Shown: positions 26,266 to 40,098, numbered from the stretch's first letter. The stretch: DNA of 64,000 bases from Hormiphora californensis (GCA_020137815.1 CM035359.1:7254001-7318000), one strand, 5' to 3'. Numbers and translations: made by a program. The notes: a model not told the origin generated them from the sequence alone.

Positions 26266-29200
26266 ATATTTCAGTTTGTTTGGCATTATAACATGTGTTC
26301 TGTTCTTTGCCTTTATATTCTACTCTCTTCCCGGTGCCTTCCTACCAATATACGATGATGTCAAGAATGTCAGTACTACCTGGACTGGGGTCCTTATTGG
26401 AGCAGGCCCCCTCAGGTAGGCAATGGGGTTCTTATTGGAGCAGGCCCCCTCAGGTAGGCAATGGGTTCTTATTGGAGCAGGTCCTCTCAGGTAGGCAATG
26501 GGGTCCTTATTGGAGCAGGTCCCCTCAGGTAGGCAATGTGTTCTATTGGAACAGGTCGCCTCAGGTAGGCAATGTGTTCTATTGGAACAGGTCGCCTCAG
26601 GTAGGCAATGTGTTCTATTGGAGCAGGTCCCCTCAGGTAGGAATAGTATGGGATCTATTGGAACATGTGGCACTGTAGACCCGATCTAAGTGCACTCCAA
26701 TTTTGAGTTATCAGTGTATCGACCTGGTTCGAAACAGGATGTCAGAAGGCCAAGGGAACATCGATATTTTTAAATTTAAATCACCTCCTAAACTAGCTTC
26801 CTAATGTTTCAGTTACATATTCGTGTGCCCCCTGTCAGCTATTCTTATGAACACCTTCTCAAATCGGAAACTCTACATGATACCCACAGCAGTACTAGGT
26901 AACTCGAGTCTCTAGACAACCCGGGGGGATTTATGTGTAACCATGGTAACCATTTGGTAACTGGTTGTACTAGAGGTCCCATTCTCTTTTATTAGCGCTA
27001 ATAATTGTCCGAATGTCTGATATAATACATGTACTAAGTTGAAATTTTTGAATACTTAATTTTAAAGTCTTGCACATTTATTGGGATGTTCTATGAACTA
27101 ATTTCCATGTTTTGAAATTTTAAAATTTTAAAATTTTTTTTCGATTTTTTCCCGATTTTTCACCAAAAATTAGGGTCACAAAAGTGGCTTGCGATCCTTA
27201 GTGGCTCAACCGTTTGGGCTGAAACTCCGGATATCTGTAAATAATTACCCAATAAATAACAGGAAATATGATTCATAGCGATATTTGACTATAAAGACCC
27301 AATTTTATACTATACAACCGTATGTGCACGAATACAACCCATGTGCACTGCAATAAACAGCAAAAACAAGGGTCACAAAAGTGGCTTGCGATCCTTAGTG
27401 GCTCAACCGTTTGGGCAGAAACTCCGAATATCAGTAGATAATTGGGTGTGTCTCACCAAATTGACACCAAAATTTCAAACTCGGAGAATTTAAAAAAAAA
27501 TTATATCATCTGAAAGCGGGTAAAGGACTGATCATTTCGGTATGTCGCGTCAGTTTAATTGATTATTAATTAATTAATTATTAATTAATTAGCGACCGTA
27601 ACATTGGTAACGACCGTAACGTTTCGGTCGTTACAGTGTATTCTATTTAAAATTACACATAAAATGGTCGTAACAACCGTAACGTAACGGTCGTTACATA
27701 TGTAACGACTGTAACGTAACGGTCGTTACATTTGTAATGACCGTAACGTAACGGTCGTTACATTTGTAATGACCGTAACGTTTTACCACCGTAATGTTAC
27801 GGTCGTTACCTAAAATGACCGTATTTTGTAACGACCGTAACGTTACGGTCGTTACAAATGTAACGACCGTAACGTTTCGGTCGTTACATTTGTAAAGACC
27901 GTAACGTTTCGGTCGTTACATTTGTAACGACCGTTACGTTACGGTTGCTGTTACGGTCGTTACAAATGTTACATCTCCAGAATGTTCAGGCCGCCACGGC
28001 CATACTTTTTGGACTAAGGCTTCAGAATTCAGACAGGAGAAAGTACTCAGTCACAGCTACCGCTGAGTACCAGTTTCAACTTCGTACGATAACTACAACC
28101 GATTCTATGATCGTTCAAAAATGCGTTACGGTCGTTACGGTCGTTACGTCAACGCCAAAAAAAGGCTTTTTTTGGCATATTATGCATCATAATTCAGCTC
28201 AGTGATGCATAATTATCCTGATATCACTGCGCTGGCAAGCGCAAAGGTGGCCCCATCCCATCCCCCCAAAAACTTTTCCCCAAAAAGTGGGCCCGCTTGC
28301 CAACAGCGTAGATATAAGAATTTTGAAGTTTTAGCCCATTTTGGCACTTTTCGACCCCTCCTAACTCCGGAACCAGATGAGCTAGGAGGCTGAAATTTGG
28401 TACTAAGAAGCTTCACATAGACCTCTACTGACGGTAAAAATTTCAAGTAGCTAGCTGATTCCGGTCGCAAGTTATGACACCACCCCCAAAACAGAAAATT
28501 CAGTGTGGCGATAGGTATATATATATATAGATAGATAGATAGATAGATATATAGATATAGACGCTTCACTGTGTAACACTTGTAGCTCGAACCATACTAG
28601 CTAGAGACTTGAACCAAGTTTTATCCGTTAGGAAATCGTTCAGGGCACGCATTAGTTAAGGTTTCAAGTGAAAATGTCCACTATGACGGGCGTAATGACG
28701 TCACAAAGTGACGTTATTGAAAAATCTCAGACCAAATATTTTCAAACGCCTCTAGCACCCTCAAGACATTTTTCAATTTCTGATTTGACGCAAAATCGTT
28801 AGTGGCAAATTGTCTGAACTTTCAGATACTATATTAAAAATTTTTCTAACTTGTCATTTTCAGACCTTAAAACGCGTCGGAACTCAAAAATTTGATGTGA
28901 AAATCCACAAAAAAATTCACATTTCGTGCAATAACTTCAGTTCTTCACCACCATTGCCTTCAAAACTTTTCACACGTTTAGTGCTTCATCGGCCGAATAG
29001 TCTGTCATATTTTTTTACGTCGTCGTGACGTCACGTGTGACGTCACGACGTCGAATTTTGAAAATTTCGTCAAATCAGTTTCCTACAACCCAGGATACAT
29101 TTGAATTACATTTGAACACTTTAGTTGACAATTAGCTTAGTTGTTTGAGGTCATAAGTGCACTTAAGTGACCTCAAACGACCAAAAAAGAATACAAATTT

Positions 29201-31836
29201 AGAGCAAAAACTAATTGAAATTAGTTCGCCAGAAAGGTGGCCCATTTTGAACTTACTCTCCTTCATTTCCGTCACCTTTGAGTTGAAGGCGGAAAAGTTT
29301 ACGGATACCTCGATGTCTTTGAAGCCTCAACTCAAAGGTGACGGAAATGAAGGAGAGTAAGTTCAAAATGGGCCACCTTTCTGGCGAACTAATTTCAATT
29401 AGTTTTTGCTCTAAATTTAGTAATTCAGTAGTTCAGACATTTTCTGACAGTTTGGTACCAAAATTAACAAAATTGGCCAATGTTTAGGTGGTCTACGGAC
29501 CTGTACAAAATTTCCAAACTCGAGGTGTCAATTTGGTGAGACACACCCAATTACCCAATGAATAACAGGAAATATGATTCATAGCGATTCATTCCGACTT
29601 AGCAACCCCTAATGTACATTGTACAGGGTTTCCCACGATCTACATGTAATGTATGTACTGCAGGTGTTATAACGATGTTGTTCAGTGCTATGGACTACCT
29701 ACCTGGGGGAGGGTGGTTTGAAGGAGTTGGATTCATCATGAGACTTATACAAGGTACTTGTCAGAGAGGTTTCATACAGGTTCATATCATGTGACTGTGC
29801 CTAATTTTACAACAAATATTATACCCGCATCTACCTGTAGGTGTCTGTGGAGGAATCATTTCAGTCACCTCGTTTGCTGCCCTAGTCGCCATCTACCCGC
29901 ACCGGGTAGCGACTGTAACCGCACTAGCAGAAACAGTATTAAATGGTGCACTAGCTGTCGGCCCCTTTGTCGGGGGTATCCTATACGCAACAGGTGGATT
30001 CAAACTGGCATTCTTCGTGCCTGGAGCTGCTATATTATTGTGTGTTCTACCCGAGTTATTTGTACCTCAGCTTACTGCCATTTCAAGTACAGCTAGTACA
30101 CGGAGTCTCAAGACACTTCTCAATCCTTGGATTCTGTTCGCTGCTTGGCACTGCTCTGCCTGTCAGGTAACTGCTTCAATTGAAACAACCTGGTAATGGT
30201 GTCACTGGCTTTATGATTGTGGAGAAGTAATAGGGAGCAGTTTGTTCGGCTATAATTAGAGTTGGAAGTTTGTAAGTTTGTATTCTCCTTTTCAGATTCT
30301 ACTAAACTTCCATATCCCCATCCTATCTCCCTACGTGGAGAGGGCATTTGATGAGGACGTGGTGTGGTCTGGTTTTGCTCTTCTAGTTAACTGTGGGGCA
30401 ATCTGCTTATCTGCACCTTTATTAGGTCAGTGTCGGTAACTCTAGATATTTTGGAGCAATAAAGTGCATGCACGTGCAGTGTTTGTTTGTTTGTTTGTTT
30501 GTTTGTTTGTTTGTTTGTTTGTTTGTTTGTTTGTTTGTTTGTTTGTTTGTTTGTTTGTTTGTTTGTTTGTTTGTCACATCACATTCCTTCCACCCAGGTT
30601 ACTTGATTGATAGATACAACCCTTACATGTTCCTGATCGTATCAGCAATCTTCCTACCCATCTGCTACATGTTCATTGGGCCACTTCCTTTATTCCAAGG
30701 TAGTAATTGGATCAAATAGTAAGCATATGGGAAGAGACAGTTCAGATGCCATGAGTACAGCTCTGTAGTTTGAGAGATGGTTGTGTGTAATTTGAACTCA
30801 ATCCAGTAGAATGCTAACCACAATACTATATTAGTAATACTAACCACTCCTTCCTGTAGGTTTTGTAACAGCTTCAAAGGGCCAGCTCCTCATCACGCTT
30901 TGTAATACTAACCACCTTCCTTCCTATAGGTTTTGTAACAGCCTCAAAGGGCCAGCTCCTCATTACCCTTTGTTGTCTAGGATTCTTTGTCCCAATGGGC
31001 TGTACCCCAGTACTACTTGTCATGTTCGATGTATACAAGGTATATAGGGAGAGCAACCAAACTGAGTTTACTGACTAGACAGAATCAAGAATATTTTCCC
31101 ATTTTTGTTCTAGAGTAAATTAATTCGTTGAGAGGGTTCCCTAATTAATAACATCCCTATATTATTTCAGACAACAAATGGAGGCCATCTCCCTCCCTCA
31201 ATAGCAAACATGATAGTATCTCTATATTGTGCATCATTCCCCTTCGGAGCCTTCCTTGGTGCCACCCTATCAGGTAAAATGGGATATGAGCTGTTGTTTT
31301 TAGTTGTTGATCTTCTGTTTTAATGGAACAGCTGCTGCTTGACTGTGTGTTATGGGGGACAATACTATTATCACAGTTGGTCATACCAACAGTGTTGGTC
31401 TAACACGTGCTCCAAGATGACCCTTGTATCTATCTGTTGCAGGTGTTATGGGTTCCCAATTCTTACCCCCGCTTCCTGTTTATTGTAACTCTATTATTCC
31501 CAGGTGTGATGGCTGAATACATGGTGTTTGAGTGGGCCACTGGAATCATCTCTCTCGCTTTCGTTGTACAGGTATAAACAGTCATTGTAATAAGTGGGGG
31601 TGATTAGTTGAGGGGCTATAACTTGTTAGTAGTACTCCTTCTAGGGGACTAAACCAGGTCTTGTATCCCATGTGTATTGATAGACAGACTCAACTTATTC
31701 TCACACACTCCCCCCTCAGTCTCTGGCTGTGATTCTCTTCTGTTTCCTGGTGATTAGGATGCAGAACCGATACAAGTTGGCAGGGTTCGATAGTGAGATG
31801 GAGAGCAATGAGAATACACCCATTTTGAAGAAGTAG
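23694..31836 (+). CDS. MFS transporter, SLC18B1 (vesicular polyamine transporter)-like, ~11 exons
   Basis: Exons 23694-23746, 26275-26415 (LFGIITCVLFFAFIFYSLPGAFLP), 26813-26898, 29664-29753 (FIMRLIQG), 29840-30166 (AVGPFVGGILYATGGFKLAFF), 30296-30425, 30598-30699 (GYLIDRY..IGP), 30930-31039, 31172-31273, 31504-31571 and 31720-31836. The C-terminus carries ENTPIL. Confidence 0.8.
26390..26642 (+). repeat. 36-38-bp tandem repeat (7 copies) spanning an MFS exon end and splice donor
   Basis: (tattggagcaggyccyctcag|gtaggcaatg...)n. Confidence 0.9.
27444..29548. mobile_element. Non-autonomous DNA transposon, Sola-like (AATT TSD), 2.1 kb
   Basis: TIR gggtgtgtctcaccaaattgacacc / ggtgtcaatttggtgagacacaccc with TSD aatt. 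The empty-site sequence is seen intact at ~27230-27282. Internal gtaacgaccgtaacg repeats run 27590-28150. Confidence 0.85.
29195..29418. repeat. ~92-bp perfect inverted repeat (foldback) nested in the Sola-like element
   Basis: aaatttagagcaaaaactaattg...gagttga / tcaactc...caattagtttttgctctaaattt. Confidence 0.9.
30481..30573. repeat. (GTTT)n microsatellite in an MFS intron
   Basis: Directly visible. Confidence 0.95.
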
Positions 31837-32174
31837 TACTACCATGACAACAAATTTGGTAACCACGAGAAACTACCTTGGTTACAATGGTAACCATGGT
31901 TACCAGTTAACAACCTCCTCTGACACATGGATATATTGTGACAGTGAACTAATTATTAAGATTATGTGTCCCGTGTTTTATACATTTTTATTATGTTTGG
32001 AAATAAACTTGAAAAATCTTTGGTTTGTTTGGAAATAGAATTTGTTTAACTTGAAATACTCTCAATTTACACACACACATTCTCACATCTGATGTGCCCC
32101 CATTTTAACCCCCAGAGATATCTTTCAAAGTCAAGTCACACAGTGTCCCAGTATAACAGTGGTGTATACCAGTT

Positions 32175-33196
32175 TCAGAAGCAGATGGCCTTTACAATCT
32201 CGGCGTAGTTCACTTTACCATCATTATCAACATCCATACACTCCAACAACTCCTTCACCTGAAACAATACACGGGTCAGTCAGTTAGTTAGAGTGTGGTA
32301 CGTGTTGCTACTGAGTACCGCGGTGCGTGACACATTACTACCGGCGAGTGTCTATGGTAACCGTTTGATGGTCTCAAACTCTAAACTATAGTGGTACATG
32401 ACGTTATCTCTCACCTGTTCCCGTTTCTGTGATACACTGGTACACTCATCCAACAGATCACCCAATTCAGCTGAGTCAAGGGCACCAGACCTGTCCTTAT
32501 CTAGCTTTAGAAAGTTCTCTCTGACTCCCGCATCGATAGGGTCACCCATTGCCATGGAAACAGCCTGGGAAGTTTGGGTGTGTGTTAAATAATAGTTGTG
32601 TGTGGGTGGATCAGTAGTGTGGGTGTGTGTTCAGTAGATGGAGAAGTGGTAGTACCCTTGACATCCAAATAAGCAATTGCCTGACAGGGTTCACATGATG
32701 GGGTGGGGGTGAAAGATATAATACAGGAACGAAGAAATGATAAACCCTGACATTACTTGTTGACTCTTGACCCCTTGGCTCAACAAGGGACATTACCTGT
32801 AGGTAGTCAGCGAATGTGATGGTTGGAGTCCTGCAGATGGCCCTAAGGTAATCCTCAATAGGGAACCTGCCATCACCATACACCGCCAGATCATGCTCCA
32901 CCAACATCTTCACTGCCTCTTCCTGGGACATCTTCGCTGTAGGGAGAGAGATGATCTGGTCATAATGAACATCTTCAACAACAATGAACAAGGAAGGGTC
33001 TAGGAAGGGTCTAGAGACCCCGCTGAAAGGCTGGTTTACTTGATTCTAAATCGGGGGAAATAACTCGGGCACCGTAATATTTAGTCAATGCTAAACTTAG
33101 AGTTGAACAGAAGGTGAAACATGTACCTGACAGTGATCCGGCTTTCTCGGCATATCGTTTAGCATGACTGTCCAGGGTCTCAACTGTGAACTTCAT
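32175..33196 (-). CDS. Calmodulin-like EF-hand protein (147 aa, 4 exons)
   Basis: Exons 33127-33196, 32797-32936, 32415-32564 and 32175-32258 are in frame (444 nt). EF loops DKDRSGALDSAE and DVDNDGKVNYAE are canonical. Confidence 0.85.
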
Positions 33197-33967
33197 ATCT
33201 GAACCGCTGCAGAGGAGGAACTATAAGCTGGGTTTACACTTTGGGGAGTTGCGAGGGACTATAAAGGGTTACATTGTGGTTACATTGGGGAGGTACGAGT
33301 CAGCTGTATGACTGTGTGTATTACGCCAAGTAAGAAGATTGGAGTTGTGCATTGTGAAATCAGACAGAACTAGTAACTACAGATCAGATTCAATACCAAG
33401 CAAACATACAGTGTAAAGCACACAAGTGTAAAGCATGGAATGTATTGAGGGGCTTCCTTCTTTTCCACCGACACCCAGTGTGTGTACCCTAACTGATAAA
33501 TGCAATAACACACATACTGGTGCAGCAGTGCAGTGTTTCCTGCACTCACATCCATTGGCCCCCTCCGCTCTAAATCCTCGCACTTTCGATTTTCCGTATA
33601 CACACAATTGAGCGATTAACATACAAGATTTACAGTGCTGCTTGTAGTCGTATCTTACTATATAATGCAAAAACACCCGAAACTTGATCCCTCCCATGCA
33701 TGTTTGGTGGTCCCTAAATCGTCGTCATCAAGATCAGATCACGTAACAAGTAGCATGCTAGGAGCACCCAACATGCATGATCAGATCACCCTACTGAGGA
33801 TCAGATCACCCCACCCATGATCAGATCACCCAAGTGACTATCAGATCATCCCAGTGAGTATCAGATCCCACATTTCACCCAGTAGTCCACTGTGCGTGAT
33901 GAGATCCCCCATATAGAGTGGTAAAATAGACAAAGACGTGACGACAGAGAAATTGAGATAAAAATGA

Positions 33968-34001
<34 letters not shown>

Positions 34002-34565
34002 ACAGAGAGGGGGGGGACAGAGAGGTAGGACTAAGAGGAAACTGAGAAGTGAGAGACATGAAAACCGATCAGTTTATGCCATCCGTAGGATGGCCTGGGT
34101 CCACTAGTTACCGTAATGGAAATACAGTAATTAGACGCACACGTTGCATAACACGCGGCAAAAAGTGCATGTGTTCAGCACGTACTAGCGCCCTGATTGG
34201 CCACGGTTGCGTGTCGTCTTACTGTATCTCCGTTTTCCATTACCGTTTTCCCACTACAAGCGACCGTGTTAGATCCAGCCAGTGCGACAAAAAGTAAAAG
34301 TATGGCATTGTTCCCCACAACACCCACAACAACCCAACTACTATAAAACTAGTCATGCTTATCCATCTTGCCTCTTCAGAACTTCAGCAGAAATTAAAAC
34401 TTTAACAGCCCGGTATAAAGCAGGTATAGTACAAACAAGAGAGGCTGTATTACTTTTCCGGCAGTGCAACAATTTTAATAGGTGTGAAGCTATGCACAGT
34501 TGGGATGCCGTTATAGAACCGGATGGACATTGAGCTGCTGAAGAAATAGCATACGGAGAACATAT

Positions 34566-35488
34566 TAGAGTGTCCAGGAAATAATGTCGTCTTACAATTT
34601 TTTGTAGAAATACATGAGTTAGCGACTTTAAACTAGTTCTATCTTGTTCAGTAGACAATTTCCAGTCGGGGAAACACATTTAGAATTTCATACTAATATT
34701 TTCATTGCCCATATTTGGGTCATCTGTCACCGGAAGTCGATGTGCCGCTGAACGGGAGTTTTGCAAATTTTAAAACGTCGCTGGAAGGAACCCCTTTGAG
34801 TTTCCACATCTCTAAATGGTGCCAATCGATAGCCCATCGTCCGAAGATATAGTAACCATGCGATTTTAGTCTCGACGCGTTGTATAAAAACGTCAAACTT
34901 AGTAAATCTACCACAAATAAGTGGAAAAAACGTAAAAATTAGGCCCGATTTTTGACCCAAAAAACGGGAGTTTCAAAAATTGCATTGTTTTTACCTCAAA
35001 ACCTTACCAAAGGCAAAAGTAAACATTACTACGGCTAAAAGCTTGGTTGGGACTATTAGTTACCGTCAAAAAATTTCTAAATCGCCCATCCAATGAAACC
35101 TGAAGTATCCCGGAAGTGAAAATTTCCGATTTTGACCAAAATTTTTCAGAGCTCCATAGCTCCGAGACAAATAGGATCTGTGACTTCATGCACCACTCAA
35201 ACGATAGATATTTGTCTAATAAACAAGCTTGATGTCATTAAAAATCTCACAGATGCTTAGTTAAACAACTGCAGCCGTTTTTTCAACATGGGCATATTTT
35301 TCGTTCAGCGGCAATTTTTTTTGAAATTTTTCTGGGTCCACCAAGGTGCCTCAAATATCAAATTTTTCAAAATAGACCATCGTTTCATGAAGTCAAGAGT
35401 TCAATAAACAAGCTAGAAAAGGTTTTAATCGAAATCGTTGGGCCATATTGGAGAAATCGGCCCGCGACATTATTTCTTGGACAGCCTA
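34566..35488. mobile_element. Non-autonomous DNA transposon, Academ-like (TAG..CTA termini)
   Basis: TIR tagagtgtccaggaaataatgtcg / cgacattatttcttggacagccta, with 4-bp TSD atat. Confidence 0.7.
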
Positions 35489-37078
35489 ATATTATAATGG
35501 ACATATCGATCAGAGCAGGGACGCTTTGTAACCGCAAGAAGTCTAAAACAGTTGTTGAACAATCAGGTATAGCGAACTATATATTGATATAATATCTTCT
35601 AATAGTGTGCAGGATTTAATATGCAGATCGGTATAATGTGGAGAGACCAATATAATACGGCGATCTATAGCAGTTCGAAAGAACATGAATCTGCTATTAC
35701 TATACAGAGAGATATATGGCGGATGAAGGACACTGGCAGAGAATACTACTACTATTATAGTAACTCCACTATGTGCGTGTTAATAGGAAGAATTTTAACT
35801 GTTTTTATAGCACGCTTCTTATGTGATGTCGCCGCTACCATGAACTATTATACAGCTTCATATATCAACCATTCCTGCAGCAGTGGTGGCGAGTTGAAAT
35901 GGAGTTCTGGCGAACTTCCATCGTAATATTCCTAACTATAATCCGCAATCTTTGGTATAACAGTCTTCTAGATGTGAGGCCGAATGGAAAAGCAACCTGT
36001 GCATATAATTTTACAATACAATAGCACTGAAAGCCATCGGAAATTTCCAAAGAGGGGCAAGCACAATCAGTGAAGCAGTGTGATTTGGAGATTTGGAAAT
36101 GACACCAATATTATAATCATACAAAGCTATTCCCCCCCCCCCCCCTCTCTCTCCCCCCTCTCTCTCTCTTTCTCTCTCTCCCACTGCAGTCGTATTACTA
36201 TATTACAGCCCATAGAACGCCCTCTACGGTATAAAATTGATGTGTGCGTAATTCCGATTAACCTACCGCAGGAGAGTAGCAGATACGAGAGGAGATAGAA
36301 GCAGAGCGGGGAGGCAGAGAGAGAGAGATTGAGAGAGAAGAGAGAGAGAGAGATAGTTAGAAAAGAGGCGAGAGATCGAGAGGAGAGTGAGATTGAAGGT
36401 ATCTCTAGATCTCTACTTTCCCTATCGTCCGCTCCTGCCCTCCCTCTTTCTGGCTCCGCTCGGTCTCTCTCTCGCTTCGCCTCGCGCGCTGGCCTCTCCT
36501 CTCTCTCCCCTCTCGCTCTGTCTCTCTCTCTCTCCTCTCTCGCGCGCCCTGAGCAGGGTCGTCTCCCTTGTGGTCGTTCTTCTGTGTGTTTGGGTTGGTG
36601 AGTGGGGAGTTAGCTTGTCTTTTCCCGGTCGGACCCTTTCTAGAATAAAGGGGGGATTTACGACTTCAAAGTAACAGCGTAATCTGTTAACTAGTCCCAG
36701 TTTTGGAACCAGGGTCTGGACACCGATCGGTACTGATTTTCCAAGCTTGGTCTACTGAGACACACACAGTGTTGACACAAAGATCTGATTGCCAACAAGA
36801 TATTGACAAAGACAGGGAGTTTACAATGACATTGACCGTAATGAATGGGACAAGGAATTGTCTGTCAGTTCAAAAAGGAGGCAGTCAGCGATTGCACTCT
36901 TTGCATGCGACAGGGGAGTATGGGCATGTTAGGGGGGGGGGGTGGTTGGGGGGGCGGGTCTCTGCGAAGGTGTACTGTGTTGTGGTGTTGTGGGCATTCC
37001 GACTAATTCTTCGAACTCGATAATGAACGACCTTATACAATCATAGGGCGAGAGGAATGCACCCCCTACCCCCACTGA

Positions 37079-37102
37079 GGGACTTGCGAGGCAAGCCCTA
37101 GT
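37079..37102 (+). mobile_element. Helitron-like 3' terminus
   Basis: Hairpin cttgc-gag-gcaag immediately followed by CTAG|T. Confidence 0.4.
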
Positions 37103-38225
37103 GGACGCCCATTAGGGAACAGTGATCACTATAAGAAAATGCAGATATATTATATTAATGGACTTCGTTAATTCGTTATGTAAACATAGGACTGCATAAA
37201 ATTAACTTAATCTGAATAACATATATTTCTGTGAATATAATATATAAAGAGTGTCCTTGTTAGATTGGAAAGTTTCAGGCTAACAACCAGCCACCCTGGG
37301 ACCTCTGTAACTGCAGTTAACTGACCTCTGCAACAACGTGTCACCTGCTTGAATCTCTCTACCGCGACAAATAGGAGGGCTATAAGAACATGCAAGTGAC
37401 ACCCAGCTCTCTGTAACAACGTGGCGATAATGTGCGATATGTGTGTGATATGAAGCGATGTGAAGCTTACCTTGAACTCGCCATCTTGGAATCAGGGGCA
37501 CCACTTCCTAGGAAGAAACTGGAGTCAAATCAATAATGAGAGCAGTAACAATTTGTTGAAAATTCAAAAATGTCATTAGACACATCATACACAATTCCGG
37601 AAGTGGTACTAATTAGGCCTAGGGCAATTTAAAATTTTAATTGCTCCTTTTGTCATGATTCATGAAGATTAGTTCTGCTTTCGGAGAGAGAGAGAGAGGC
37701 AAATCTATGCATCACAATTGGTACCAACTACAACGATAGAGTTCATAGATAGTGGTGTAACATGTCAACCAATAGCAACTCTACTGACTGCAGCTGAGTG
37801 GTGGTGGAGCAAGTGTAAAATATATGTGAGCGGGCCATATGACAAACATGCGGACAGAGAATTAGCGACGGTAAGACTAATATTATATATGCACACATAT
37901 TATATACGTGCTTCTGTCGAGGACCTCGACTCGAGGTGTTTCATTAACTTTCCATGTTAATAATTGGATGAAGTCTTCACTTCAAAACATCAAAACATGT
38001 TTTTACTCAACAATTCAAAACTACTAATGTAGGTGTGTTGCTGACAACACATGTGGTTAGAGGGAGGGCTGATGACAGTTGCAGAGTCTAAAAGATATTT
38101 TCCGTCAAACAGCTGCAATTCCGTAGACTTGTGTTGTATACAAGTTTCTTAAAAGTTGGGACTGTGACCACAAGTTAGATTTATTCAATCGACCACACGA
38201 TCAAACAGAACATACATGAGGAAAT

Positions 38226-38242
38226 AGAGAGAGGGAGAGAGA

Positions 38243-38307
<65 letters not shown>

Positions 38308-38319
38308 CGAGAGAGAGAG

Positions 38320-38378
<59 letters not shown>

Positions 38379-38407
38379 GAGAGAGAAGAGAGAGAGAGAG
38401 AGATAGA
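38226..38407. repeat. (GA)n/(GATA)n microsatellite
   Basis: Directly visible. Confidence 0.95.
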
Positions 38408-38995
38408 AGAGTTTAAAAACTACTATGCAGCACGTGTCGGAGCAGCAGCAGCAATAAAAAGGTGCAATAGACGGCATAGTGGTGGGAATAACCGCATTAC
38501 CAGTAGCATATACCAACACACACACACAGTTCCTGCCCACATATTTCTGGGAGCAGCAGGGTGAAAAAGGGTGCTAGAAAACACTAGTTATGCAATTATG
38601 TTACTGACAACTAGATTGGGAAGCTGTCTCTGGCAGCACCGACCCGATCTGGGTGCACTGTCGTACGCTCAGATTAGTTTTGAGAATCAAATGGGGTCTG
38701 GCACCACTAATCAGATGTGAAGTGGGCTCCTAAATGATGAAATAGGGCCTTGAGGTAACTAACAACTTCAGTAAAGTAGAACAATAAAAGTAGGGAATCC
38801 ATGTCACCATGACAACATGTTGTCTGATAAAGCAACCATGTGTACTGCAAACATGCAGCATCCTTATAAAGTATATCATGTCATGTACGTCATCATCTAG
38901 TGTTGTAGAGATACTGAGGATCATACAGAATAGTATTATAGATTAGTACGTGCTTCCCATACGATATATGCAGATCTAAGAGTGGTTCGCAAGTA

Positions 38996-39167
38996 CAGTC
39001 GGACCCCGATTTAGGGACACCCTCGGGGGAAAGGCTCTTGTCCACTAAATCGGGGTGTCCACTAAATCGAGTTCAAATTATGTTAATTTTCGTATATCGG
39101 GGGAAAAAATCCTGTCCCTAAATCGGGGTGCCACTAAATCGGGGGCCCCTAAATCGGGGTCCGACTG
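38996..39167. mobile_element. Tc1/mariner-type MITE
   Basis: ta|cagtcggaccccgatttaggg...ccctaaatcggggtccgactg|ta. Confidence 0.85.
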
Positions 39168-40098
39168 TACCAAGATATTGGCAGCCTGGGGCATCCTGCA
39201 CCTCCCGCCAGGTAGTTTGGAAATTGTTTTCTTGAACTCACCCTGGTAGGTCCTGTGTTTCTTTTCGTTGGTAAATGGGTAACTGGGTAAATCATTTCAA
39301 TTATCATCATGATTCACTTGTCATGCTGCTACATACTTCACCTGGGAAAGAATGAAGTACAGTTAGATCTCGATATACTGGATATATACCAGACCTCGAT
39401 CTAGTCTACCGGACAGAAAGATGTCCCTAATTATAATATCCATGAAACTTCACCTCGCTTTATACCTATGGTCTTATCTACCGATATGATTCATGGGTTT
39501 CACTATTATATTTATAATTGCTGCATGTTCTACTCCTCACAGAGCTGCGTCCAGTACGTTCCATCACAATGTACTGTGGCCCAATGAGGGAAATGCCGCG
39601 TGGGAGAGTTTTATAGTCCTGTCAGTTGCTTGTTCGTACTGTCCCCCTGTGAGAGTTTAGTCACGTCCTGTCAGTTGCCTTGTTCGTACCATACGACTAT
39701 AAGGGTTTGTACCATACGACTATATAAGCGTTCAGCCAGTTGCAGGGCGATATTGAGGGTAGGGGACACCATATCCACATGAAAGATGTGAAACTTAGGC
39801 TGAACAAAGATCTTCACGCTTCACTTCACCATACTTTTTTTTAAAGCTCTAGCGTGGATAATATACACTGTATATGGAAATCCAGCTGCGAAAATATCGG
39901 GTGGGGGGTAATATAAGATATACATTGTTGTCTGTGTGAGTCTACACCGACAGAGTTTTTTATGATCATGAAATCTATTGTTCACATAGTTTTACCATTG
40001 CTTTCACCACCATTCACATTTTGTGTCTTCATACATGATCTTTGTTGTACGTTCCCTTTTTCTTCCATGGAAATTACCGCGGCATAAGTCTATGGGGG

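Noticed and set aside
26390-26642. Regular ~37-bp repeats (also 15686, 40638, 61760) as CRISPR arrays
   Set aside because: There are no unique spacers and no cas genes, and the context is eukaryotic. They are minisatellites.
32175-33196. EF-hand protein as a Ca2+-activated photoprotein
   Set aside because: It is too short (147 aa versus ~200) and has only two intact EF loops.
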